NCBI RefSeq assembly: GCF_000021865.1
Contig: NC_014034.1
Coordinates: 2,190,001-2,222,000 of the forward strand
Origin: Rhodobacter capsulatus SB 1003
Lineage (GTDB): Bacteria > Pseudomonadota > Alphaproteobacteria > Rhodobacterales > Rhodobacteraceae
Direction of reading: 5' to 3'
DNA: 32,000 nt
Positions 18,311-25,856 of the stretch are shown here, piece after piece. Positions within the stretch are counted from its first letter, which is position 1. Each line of letters begins with the position of its first letter. A program made the translations under genes and the position numbers. The notes under the pieces were generated by a model. That model worked only from the letters and a program-made list of their open reading frames with translations, made no database searches and was not told the origin of the DNA.

Positions 18311-18688
18311 TCACTCCTGAGACGGGACGATTTGCGGGGGGATACGGGCAAGGCATTGCTTGCGAAAGATTTCCGGGCGTTCGCGCCAGGGGATCAGGCC
18401 CTTCTCGGCGGCCTCGAACTGGGCGGCGCCGGTCAGGATCGTGTCGGCGTCGCGCGGATCGAGACGGCCATAGACATAGGACCATTTGCCCGGGCCCGAG
18501 AGCGCGACGGCGCAGCCCTGGGTGCAGGCGGAAAGGCATTCGACCGGCACCACCGTCACCCCCTCGGGCACGGGCAGCGCGGAAAGCGCATGGGCCAGAA
18601 GTTCGCCCGGACGGGGCCCGGCCTCCTCGGCCAGCGGCGCCGCGGCGGTGCCGCGACAGGTGGTGCAGACATGCAGCGTGGTGGCCAT
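18311..18688 (-). CDS. DUF1636-like, thioredoxin-like [2Fe-2S]-ferredoxin-type Cys protein of unknown function
   Basis: 125 aa with CTTC near the N-terminus and ECLSACTQGC mid-protein. Strong SD GAGGAGG (complement of about 18692-18700). It is the first gene after the riboswitch and lies 3 nt upstream of cobW. Confidence 0.7.
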   Translation of the reverse strand: MATTLHVCTTCRGTAAAPLAEEAGPRPGELLAHALSALPVPEGVTVVPVECLSACTQGCAVALSGPGKWSYVYGRLDPRDADTILTGAAQFEAAEKGLIPWRERPEIFRKQCLARIPPQIVPSQE

Positions 18689-18774
18689 CGCCCCTCCTCT
18701 TGGGGTTGGGGGAACGGCCAGAGTGAGAGCGCAGCGCCCTGCCCCCGGTCGCGGAACACCCCGTCCGCCCGAAA

Positions 18775-18960
18775 TCCATGCGCTGGCAGGTCTCCCGGCT
18801 TGCGGATGCGAGGGGGGGTCCCCTCACGGTCGCCCCGCCTTCCCGGCTGGTGCCAGTGGCCTCGGGGCGCCCTCTCCGGTCACGGTCGCGGGGGCGGCTG
18901 CGGTCGGGTTTCGCGGCAAAGCCGTCGCAATTCCCTTCACATTCCCTCTTCGCCTGTCAT
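18775..18960 (-). promoter_or_regulatory. Cobalamin (AdoCbl) riboswitch, leader of DUF1636-cobW-cobN-cobHIJ
   Basis: The minus strand reads AGAGGGAATGTGAAGGGAATTGCG...CGCAGCCGCCCCCGCGACCGTGACC...GGCCACTGGCACC...CCGGGAAGGCGG...GCAAGCCGGGAGACCTGCCAG. The B12 box is the complement of 18783-18803. Confidence 0.88.
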
Positions 18961-19029
18961 AGGACAGAAACCAGCGCCCGCCCTGAGTGGCCAAGACGCG
19001 ATCTATTGTCAAGCGCGAGGACCGCCCCG

Positions 19030-19668
19030 ATGACGCCCGAAAACGACAGCCCCGAGACCGGACCGGACGAACTGGCCCGGCATGCGGTGAAGATGGCGAA
19101 GAAGAAAGCCGCCCGCGACAAGATCATGGCGGGGAAATCGGGGGAAAAGGGGCTGATCATCGTTCATACCGGCTCGGGCAAGGGCAAAAGCTCGGCCGGG
19201 TTCGGGATGATTCTGCGCTGCATCGCGCATCAGATGCCCTGCGCGGTGGTGCAGTTCATCAAGGGCGCCTGGGACACCGGCGAGCGGCGGCTTCTGACCA
19301 CGCATTTCGGCGATCTGTGCCAGTTCCATGCGATGGGCGAGGGCTTCACCTGGGAAACCCAGGACCGCGAGCGCGACATCGCGGCGGCCGTCGCGGGCTG
19401 GGAAAAGGCGAAGGAGCTGATCCGTGATCCCGAAATCCGGCTGGTGCTTCTGGACGAGATCAACATCGCGCTGCGCTATGGCTATCTCGATGTCGAGGAG
19501 GTGCTGGCGTTTTTGCGCGACGAGCGGCCCGAGAGGACGCATGTCGTGCTGACCGGCCGCAATGCCGCCGAAGCGCTGATCGAGGCGGCCGATCTAGTGA
19601 CCGAGATGGGTCAGGTGAAGCACCCGTTCCGGGCAGGCATCAAGGGCCAGCCGGGGGTCGAGTTCTGA
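19030..19668 (+). CDS. cobO: Cob(I)yrinic acid a,c-diamide (corrinoid) adenosyltransferase
   Basis: Start at internal MTPENDSPE (ATG 19030; GAGGA 9 nt upstream). P-loop IIVHTGSGKGKSSAGFG, and LLDEINIALRYGYL. 212 aa. Confidence 0.9.
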   Translation: MTPENDSPETGPDELARHAVKMAKKKAARDKIMAGKSGEKGLIIVHTGSGKGKSSAGFGMILRCIAHQMPCAVVQFIKGAWDTGERRLLTTHFGDLCQFHAMGEGFTWETQDRERDIAAAVAGWEKAKELIRDPEIRLVLLDEINIALRYGYLDVEEVLAFLRDERPERTHVVLTGRNAAEALIEAADLVTEMGQVKHPFRAGIKGQPGVEF

Positions 19669-19700
19669 TCTCAAAGGCCGGGCGCTGCCCCCGGACCCCC

Positions 19701-19894
19701 GGGATATTTGTGGCAAGATGAAACAGAGCGTTAGGGATTTGGTAACCATGATCGGGCAAGCTGGCAACACGGTACAGGGAGGGATCCCGATGACCGTGCA
19801 AGGTGAAAGCGGCGCGTCTTCCCCGCGCAAGCGGCCCAAGGCGCGTCGCCCACTTTCTTGCGACTGCGCTTTCATCTTGCCAATAAATATCCCC
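19701..19894. repeat. Inverted repeat (23/25 nt arms) enclosing a 146-nt AT-enriched segment; function unknown
   Basis: GGGATATTTGTGGCAAGATGAAA (19701-19723) versus TTTCATCTTGCCAATAAATATCCCC (19870-19894). The arms are reverse complements apart from one position (G-U on plus-strand RNA) and one extra A. Confidence 0.8.
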
Positions 19895-19938
19895 GCCGGA
19901 GGCTCCTGCAGGGTCCCCATGCGCGCCGGGAGGGTGTC

Positions 19939-21384
19939 ATGACCGCCTTGATGATCCAGGGCGCGGGCTCGAATGTCGGCAAGTCGATGCTGGTCGCCGG
20001 TCTGTGCCGGGCGGCGCGGCGGCGGGGGCTGACGGTGGCGCCCTTCAAGCCGCAGAACATGTCGAACAATGCCGCCGTCACCGCAGATGGCGGCGAGATC
20101 GGCCGCGCGCAGGCGCTGCAGGCGCTGGCCTGCGGGCTGGAGCCCGTGACCGACATGAACCCGATCCTCTTGAAGCCCGAAAGTGACGTTGGTGCGCAGG
20201 TCGTGGTGCAGGGCAAGCGGCTCACCACCACCCGGGCGCGCGTTTATGCGACGCTGAAACCGCAGCTGATGGGGGCGGTTCTGGAAAGTTTCAACCGGCT
20301 CAAGGCGACCCATGATCTGGTGATCGTCGAGGGCGCGGGCAGCCCGGCCGAGGTCAATCTGCGCGCGGGCGACATTGCCAACATGGGCTTTGCGCGGGCG
20401 GCCGATGTGCCTGTGGTGCTGGTCGGCGACATCGACCGCGGCGGCGTCATCGCGCAGATCGTCGGCACGCAAGCGGTGCTTGACCCCGCTGATGCCGAGA
20501 TGATTTCCGGCTTTCTGATCAACAAGTTCCGCGGCGATGTTACGCTTTTCGACGACGGCTACCGGCTGATCGGGGCCCGCACCGGCTGGCGCGGTTTCGG
20601 CACGCTGCCGTGGTTTCCGCTTGCCCACAAGCTGCCCGCCGAAGATGCGCTTGACATCGCCTCGGGCCCCGCGACCGGGGGAACGGTGATCGCCTGCCTG
20701 ACGCTGTCGCGCATTGCCAATTTCGACGATCTCGACCCGCTTGCGGCCGAGCCCGGGGTGCGGATGGTGATGGTGCAGCCCGGCCAGCCGATCCCGGCCG
20801 AGGCGCGGCTGGTGATCCTTCCGGGGTCAAAATCCACCCGCGGCGATCTGGCCTTTCTGCGCGAACAGGGCTGGGACATCGACCTTGCCGCCCATGTCCG
20901 GCGCGGCGGCCATGTGCTCGGCATCTGCGGCGGCTATCAGATGCTGGGCCGGAGCGTCGCCGATCCCGAGGGGATCGAGGGGCCTGCGGGCACCACCCCC
21001 GGTCTGGGCCTGCTCGACGTCGAGACGGTGATGACGCCCGACAAGCGGCTGACGCGGGTGCGGGCCACCCATGCCGGGTCGGGGCTCGCGGTCGAAGGCT
21101 ATGAAATCCACATCGGCCGCACCGAGGGGGCCGACCGCGCCCGGCCCTTTGCCATCGTCGAGGGCCAGAACGAAGGCGCGATGTCGGCCGATGGCCGGGT
21201 CATCGGCAGCTATCTGCACGGGCTTTTCGGCGCCGATGCGTTCCGCGCGGCCTTTCTGCGCGGGCTTGGCATCCGCGCCTCGGGGCAGAGCCATGCCGCG
21301 GGGGTCGAAGCGGCGCTCGACGCGCTCGCCGATCACCTCGAGACGCATCTCGACGTGACCGGGATTCTGGCCTTGGCGCGTTAG
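19939..21384 (+). CDS. cobQ: Cobyric acid synthase
   Basis: Start at internal [22 protein letters not shown] (ATG 19939; GGGAGGG upstream). C-terminal amidotransferase motif [11 protein letters not shown]. 481 aa. Confidence 0.92.
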   Translation: MTALMIQGAGSNVGKSMLVAGLCRAARRRGLTVAPFKPQNMSNNAAVTADGGEIGRAQALQALACGLEPVTDMNPILLKPESDVGAQVVVQGKRLTTTRARVYATLKPQLMGAVLESFNRLKATHDLVIVEGAGSPAEVNLRAGDIANMGFARAADVPVVLVGDIDRGGVIAQIVGTQAVLDPADAEMISGFLINKFRGDVTLFDDGYRLIGARTGWRGFGTLPWFPLAHKLPAEDALDIASGPATGGTVIACLTLSRIANFDDLDPLAAEPGVRMVMVQPGQPIPAEARLVILPGSKSTRGDLAFLREQGWDIDLAAHVRRGGHVLGICGGYQMLGRSVADPEGIEGPAGTTPGLGLLDVETVMTPDKRLTRVRATHAGSGLAVEGYEIHIGRTEGADRARPFAIVEGQNEGAMSADGRVIGSYLHGLFGADAFRAAFLRGLGIRASGQSHAAGVEAALDALADHLETHLDVTGILALAR

Positions 21385-22004
21385 CGCCGCTCCCATTCGG
21401 TCGGCAGGTTTTCCTGCCAGCCCGCCCGGTGCAAAAGCGGCGTGTCATCGGTGAATTCGGGCACCCCGATGCAGAGCCAGGCGACGAAGTCCCAATCGGG
21501 CGGCGCATTCAGAAGCCGCTCGACCGCCTTCGGGTCCAGCACCGAGACCATGCCGAGGCCAAGGTTTTCCGCCCGCGCGGCAAGCCAGAGCGTGTGAATG
21601 GCCATCGCCGTCGATTGCTGCAGCGTCACCGGCATCGAGGCGCGGCCCAGCCCATGCCCCGCGGCCGGATCGCGATGGGTGAAGACGGCCAGCTGCAACG
21701 GCGCCTGATCGATGCCCTGCAGTTTCAAGGTCGCATAGGCCTCGGCCTGTTCGCCCGCGTAGGCAGATCCCGCCGCCGCGCGCGCGGCGTTGAAATTCGC
21801 CAGCACCTCGGCCCGCAGCGCCGGGCTGTCCACCCGGATCACCCGCCAGGGCCGCGCATTGCCGACCGAGGGGGCCATGTCCATCACCGCGCGCAGCCGG
21901 TCGATCACCGCCTCGTCGATCGGATCGGGGCGGAAATGGCGCACGTCGCGGCGCCAGCGCAACACCTCGGTCAACGCGTCGCGGTGGGTCTGTTCAAAGT
22001 TCAT
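21381..22004 (-). CDS. bluB: 5,6-dimethylbenzimidazole synthase (nitroreductase-fold flavin destructase)
   Basis: 207 aa: [29 protein letters not shown]...[12 protein letters not shown]. Last gene of the bluFEDCB run. Confidence 0.88.
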   Translation of the reverse strand: MNFEQTHRDALTEVLRWRRDVRHFRPDPIDEAVIDRLRAVMDMAPSVGNARPWRVIRVDSPALRAEVLANFNAARAAAGSAYAGEQAEAYATLKLQGIDQAPLQLAVFTHRDPAAGHGLGRASMPVTLQQSTAMAIHTLWLAARAENLGLGMVSVLDPKAVERLLNAPPDWDFVAWLCIGVPEFTDDTPLLHRAGWQENLPTEWERR

Positions 22005-22956
22005 TCGTCAGGGCCTTTTCCAGTCGCATCCATTCGCTCTCGTTGCCGGGCAGACCCAGGCGCAGCCAGTCCGCCGCATAGGGAAAGACCCGCGACCAGA
22101 TCCGGGCCCGGGCCAGATGGTCCTGGGCCGCTGCCGCATCGGGCGTGGCATAGGTGCGAAAGAGCGCCGTGCCCCCGACCAGCCGCCAGCCCGCCCGCGC
22201 CGCCAGCGCATCCATCCGCATCGTTTCCGCCCCCAGCCGCAGCGCCGTCGCCATCGCCCAGTTGCGGTCGAGAAGCGCCCGGCGGCCGATCTCCAGCGCC
22301 GGACCCGAGACCGGCCAGGGGCCCGCCATCTCGGACAGCGCCGCCACCGTCGCCGCATCGGCAAAGACAAAGCCCAGCCGCAGCCCGGCCAGCCCGTAGA
22401 ACTTGCCGAACGAGCGCAGAACCAGCATCCGGCGGCTGGCCTTGGCGGTCACCGAAGCCGCGGGCGAGGCATCGGCGAAGCTTTCATCCACCACCAGCCG
22501 CCCGACCTGCAGCGACAGCGCCCGCAGCGCCGCCGCCGGATGGCGCTGGCCATCGGGGTTGTTGGGGTTCACCACCACCGCCAGATCGGCCCCCGCCAGC
22601 GCGCCAAGGGTGGACACTTCCTCGACCTGCCAGCCCGCCGCCCGCAGCGCCGCCGCATGTTCGTTGTAAGTCGGGCCCAGCACCCGCGCCCGCCCCGGGG
22701 CCCACAGACGCGGGATCAGCTGGATCGCCTGTTGCGCCCCGGCCAGCGCCACCCCGGGCGCCGGGGTGCCAAAGGCCGCAGCCGCGGCGTCCAGAAGCGC
22801 CGCCTTGGCCGTGGCGGTGGGCAGATCGGTCCAGACATGGGCGGGCAGATCGGGCACCGGCCAGGGCTGGCGGTTGATGCCGGTGGACAGATCGATCCAG
22901 TCCTCGCCGCCATATTGCGCCCGGGCCGCGTCGCTGTTGCCACCATGATCGCGCAT
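21994..22956 (-). CDS. cobC: L-threonine-O-3-phosphate decarboxylase (PLP aminotransferase fold; CobC in P. denitrificans naming, CobD in Salmonella naming, BluC)
   Basis: Start at internal MRDHGGNSDAARAQYG (complement of 22954-22956). PLP-lysine motif LRSFGKFYGLAGLRLG. Overlaps the bluB start by 11 nt. Confidence 0.85.
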   Translation of the reverse strand: MRDHGGNSDAARAQYGGEDWIDLSTGINRQPWPVPDLPAHVWTDLPTATAKAALLDAAAAAFGTPAPGVALAGAQQAIQLIPRLWAPGRARVLGPTYNEHAAALRAAGWQVEEVSTLGALAGADLAVVVNPNNPDGQRHPAAALRALSLQVGRLVVDESFADASPAASVTAKASRRMLVLRSFGKFYGLAGLRLGFVFADAATVAALSEMAGPWPVSGPALEIGRRALLDRNWAMATALRLGAETMRMDALAARAGWRLVGGTALFRTYATPDAAAAQDHLARARIWSRVFPYAADWLRLGLPGNESEWMRLEKALTNEL

Positions 22957-23900
22957 CAAGAAACACTCCACAAAACGGCCACAAGGCCGATGACCAGCGT
23001 CATCCCTGCCATCGCGCGGCGGTAAAGCGCAAGCCCGCGGGCCAGGTCTGCGGGCCGCGGATCGGGGGCGGTGCCGTTCAGCCACGGTTCGTTTGCGACC
23101 CGGTCGGCATAGATGCGCGGCCCGGACAGGCGGACCGCCAGCGCGCCCGCCATCGCGGCTTCGGGCCAGCCCGCATTGGGCGAACGATGCGACCTTGCAT
23201 CGCGCGCCATCACCGCCAGCGCCCGCGCCCGGCAGGGCGAGGCAAGCGCGAAGAAGAGCCCGGTCAGACGCGCCGGGATCAGGTTCACCAGATCGTCGAT
23301 CCGCGCCGAGGCCCAGCCGAATTCCTCGTAGCGGTCGGTGCGGTGGCCGATCATCGAATCAAGCGTGTTGATCGCCTTGTACCCGGCAATGCCGGGCAGC
23401 CCCGCGACGCAGCCCCAGAACAGGGGCGCGACGATCCCGTCCGAGCTGTTCTCGGCCAGGCTTTCCAGCGCGGCACGGGCGACGCCCGGTTGATCCAGCT
23501 GGCTCGGATCGCGCCCGACGATCATCGAGACCGCCTGTCGCGCGCCGGGCAGATCACCCGCGATCAGCGGTTTCGCCACGGCAGCAACGTGATCATGCAT
23601 CGAGCGCAGCGCGACGAAGGGCCAGGCAAGGATGCCGCCGATCAGCACCCCCGGCCAGCCCGCGGGCAGCCAGAGCTGGACCGCCAGTGCGATGACCACC
23701 GTGGTGCCGATCACCGCAAGCGCCACCAGCACCCCGCGCAGACGGCGCAGGCGGCCCTTGAAATTCCAGCCCTTTTCCAGCCGCGCGATCAGCGCGCCGA
23801 TCCAGGTCACCGGATGGCCGATGCGCTTGTAAAGCGCGTCGGGCCAGCCAAGCGCCAGATCGATCCCGATCGCCACCACCATCATCGCGGCAAAGTTCAT
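22956..23900 (-). CDS. cobD: Adenosylcobinamide-phosphate synthase (CbiB/CobD, BluD), membrane protein
   Basis: MNFAAMMVVAIGIDLALGWPDALYKRIGHPVTWIG. 314 aa, polytopic. ATGA overlap with the bluE stop. Confidence 0.9.
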   Translation of the reverse strand: MNFAAMMVVAIGIDLALGWPDALYKRIGHPVTWIGALIARLEKGWNFKGRLRRLRGVLVALAVIGTTVVIALAVQLWLPAGWPGVLIGGILAWPFVALRSMHDHVAAVAKPLIAGDLPGARQAVSMIVGRDPSQLDQPGVARAALESLAENSSDGIVAPLFWGCVAGLPGIAGYKAINTLDSMIGHRTDRYEEFGWASARIDDLVNLIPARLTGLFFALASPCRARALAVMARDARSHRSPNAGWPEAAMAGALAVRLSGPRIYADRVANEPWLNGTAPDPRPADLARGLALYRRAMAGMTLVIGLVAVLWSVS

Positions 23901-24694
23901 CGCCCGCCCCCCCTGATCCGCACAAGGCCCCGCCAGCCCGCCGCGCGCAAGACCGCCTCTGCCCCCGCGGGCACCTGCCCGGGCGCAAAGATCAGCCCGC
24001 GCGCCGCCCCGGTATGTGCCCGCAACCAGCCAAGCGCGCCCAGATCGGCGGCCAGCTGCGGCGCAACCTCGCCCGCGGGGCCGCGCAGCGCACTGCAGCG
24101 CGCGGCGCTTTCCGTGGCGATTGCGGCAAATTCGGCCAGCCCCTGCGCCCGCTGCCAGCGCGCCACAAGGTCGCCCACCTCGGGAAAGGCGCTGTCGGCG
24201 GCCTCGGTCCGGGCCGGGGCGCCCTGAAATCCGCCCAGGATCTCGTAGCGCGGCAGCGCTTGCAGCGCCGCCAGCGCCCGCCCCTGCCGCGAGGCCCAGA
24301 GCATCCGTTCCGGCGCCGCAAACATCAGCGGATCAGAGGCCCCCTCGGCCGCCACACAGGCCCGCGCCAGAAGCCCGGGCGCCCCGTCCCACCCGGCCAG
24401 CCGCGCCAAAGCCACCAGCGAAGCGGTGGAAACCCCGGTGCCAAGCCCCGGCGCCACCGCGGGACAAAGCACGATCCGCCCGCGCAAGGAAAGCCCGAGC
24501 AGCGCCAGAAACCGCCGCGCCCGCGCGGGAGTCAGCCCCGCCCCCCGCAGCGACAGCCCCGGGCCGGGCCGATAGCGCAGATCCAGCCCCAGAAGTGGCG
24601 CGGGCAGCGTCACCAGCACCACCGGACCCTCGGCCCCCAGCCGCCCCTGCAGCCACTCGCCGAAATGGCCGGGAATGTGCAGCGCGGGTCTCAT
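23897..24694 (-). CDS. bluE: BluE, GHMP-kinase-like protein (reported L-threonine kinase of Rhodobacterales)
   Basis: Start at internal MRPALHIPGHFGEWLQG (complement of 24692-24694), with ATGA overlap with the bluF stop. Gly-rich phosphate-binding loop APGLGTGVSTASLVAL. 265 aa. The upstream 212 codons of the track ORF overlap bluF out of frame. Confidence 0.75.
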   Translation of the reverse strand: MRPALHIPGHFGEWLQGRLGAEGPVVLVTLPAPLLGLDLRYRPGPGLSLRGAGLTPARARRFLALLGLSLRGRIVLCPAVAPGLGTGVSTASLVALARLAGWDGAPGLLARACVAAEGASDPLMFAAPERMLWASRQGRALAALQALPRYEILGGFQGAPARTEAADSAFPEVGDLVARWQRAQGLAEFAAIATESAARCSALRGPAGEVAPQLAADLGALGWLRAHTGAARGLIFAPGQVPAGAEAVLRAAGWRGLVRIRGGGR

Positions 24695-25278
24695 CCGAAA
24701 ACCCGGTTCACGCCCGCGATCGACCAAAGCCCGCCCGGCACCGCAACAAGCCGCGTCACCGAGAGCGGCGCCACCTGAAAGGCCAGCCCCGCAGGCACCG
24801 ATCCAAGCGCCAGCGACAACGCCGCCCGCACAACCCCCGCATGGGCGACAACGGCGATCCGCCCGCCCTGCCCCGCCAGCTCGCGCAGCACCGGCGCGAC
24901 GCGGGCGCATTGCTCGGCGTAGCTTTCGCCGCCGGGCGGGCGATGCGTGGCCACCTCGGCCAAAGGCATCAGCCCGATATCGGGCAATTCCGCAAAGGGG
25001 CGGTTTTCCCAGGCGCCGAAATCCTGCTCCCAGAGCCGCGCATCCAGCCGCGGCTCGACCCCGGGCCACAGCGCCGCCGCCGTCTGCTGACAGCGCGCCG
25101 CGGGCGAGCACACAAGGCTTGCCATCCCCACCGCGGCGCGAAGCGAGGCCAGCACCTCTTCGCCGGGCAGATCGCAGGGCACATCGCGCCGCCCCGCCAG
25201 CCGCCCCTCGTGACGCGCGGGCGCATGGCGGATCAGCCAAAGCTCGGTCGTGACATCCGCCTGCCCAGTTGCCTGCAT
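24691..25278 (-). CDS. bluF: BluF, histidine-phosphatase family (alpha-ribazole-phosphate / AdoCbl-5'-P phosphatase type)
   Basis: Start at internal MQATGQADVTTELWLIRHAP (complement of 25276-25278; AAGGAGAA upstream). RHx catalytic motif LIRHAP and a second His in VVAHAGVVRA. A slightly later alternative start is possible. Confidence 0.75.
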   Translation of the reverse strand: MQATGQADVTTELWLIRHAPARHEGRLAGRRDVPCDLPGEEVLASLRAAVGMASLVCSPAARCQQTAAALWPGVEPRLDARLWEQDFGAWENRPFAELPDIGLMPLAEVATHRPPGGESYAEQCARVAPVLRELAGQGGRIAVVAHAGVVRAALSLALGSVPAGLAFQVAPLSVTRLVAVPGGLWSIAGVNRVFG

Positions 25279-25350
25279 CCTTGCATTTCTCCTTTCGGTC
25301 CGCCGCCGTTTCTGCTTTTTTCCGCCGCAAGGAACAAGAGGCAACGCGGC

Positions 25351-25854
25351 ATGGCTTTCACCCTTCTCGTCACCGGCGGCGCCCGTTCGGGCAAAAGCAG
25401 CTATGCCGAGGCCCGCACGCTGGCGCTGGGTCAGCCCGCGCATTACATCGCCACCTCGGAAATCTGGGATGACGAAATGGCCGAGCGGATCGCCGCGCAT
25501 CAGGCCCGGCGCGGCCCGGAATGGGTGACGCGGGCGGAACCTCTCGATCTTGTGACGGCCTTGCGCGAGACCGACGATGCGCCGCGGCTCATCGATTGCC
25601 TGACGCTGTGGCTGACCAATCTGATGCTGGGCGATCACGACTGGGAGGCTGCGGCAAAGCGGCTTCTTGCGGTCCTGCCCGAACTGACGGCACCGGTCGT
25701 CTTTGTCACCAACGAGGTGGGTCTGGGCATCGTGCCCGACAACCGTCTCGCCCGTGCGTTCCGCGACAATGCGGGCCATCTCAACCAATGGGTCGCAGCG
25801 GCGGCGGACGAAGTCGTCTTCACCGTCGCGGGCCTGCCAATGAAGGTGAAATAG
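25351..25854 (+). CDS. cobP: Adenosylcobinamide kinase / adenosylcobinamide-phosphate guanylyltransferase (CobP; CobU in Salmonella naming)
   Basis: MAFTLLVTGGARSGKSSYAE (P-loop), 167 aa, ATG at 25351 with AAGAGG upstream. The rest of track ORF 24016-25854 is antisense to bluE/bluF. Confidence 0.9.
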   Translation: MAFTLLVTGGARSGKSSYAEARTLALGQPAHYIATSEIWDDEMAERIAAHQARRGPEWVTRAEPLDLVTALRETDDAPRLIDCLTLWLTNLMLGDHDWEAAAKRLLAVLPELTAPVVFVTNEVGLGIVPDNRLARAFRDNAGHLNQWVAAAADEVVFTVAGLPMKVK

Positions 25855-25856
25855 GT

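Noticed and set aside
17315-19033. 572-aa plus-strand ORF spanning cobW, the DUF1636 gene and the riboswitch
   Set aside because: It is antisense to cobW/DUF1636 and runs through a conserved riboswitch. Its composition is again Arg/Gly/Asp-rich with no motif. The same reasoning applies to 878-2377, 5798-7087, 9937-11241, 12666-14030, 21429-22877, 27872-29662 and 29871-31703.
19724-19869. Possible third canonical cobalamin riboswitch upstream of cobQ
   Set aside because: I compared it by eye with the two bona fide aptamers in this window. It lacks the B12 box (AGYCAGGAGACCTGCC), the GCCACTG core and the CCCCCGC run. Only a loose resemblance in the 5' half remains, so I report it as an unexplained element and not as a riboswitch.
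19718-19942. 74-codon ORF in the cobO-cobQ spacer whose TGA overlaps the cobQ ATG (ATGA)
   Set aside because: It has no SD upstream and its ATG lies inside the left inverted-repeat arm. It uses many codons that look rare for this GC-rich genome (AGG, GTA, ATA, TTG, TCA, GTT) and lacks the GC3 bias of neighbouring genes. I treat it as non-coding, though ribosome profiling could revisit this.
19594-20628. 344-aa minus-strand ORF overlapping the cobO end, the spacer and the cobQ start
   Set aside because: It is antisense to cobQ, which has clear motifs, and it crosses the non-coding spacer. No motifs are recognisable.
25279-25350. bluF/cobP divergent spacer as a riboswitch or sRNA locus
   Set aside because: It is only 72 nt and contains the two SD sequences and a T-run. 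That is too short for an aptamer and no conserved motif is recognised. It is probably just a compact bidirectional promoter region.
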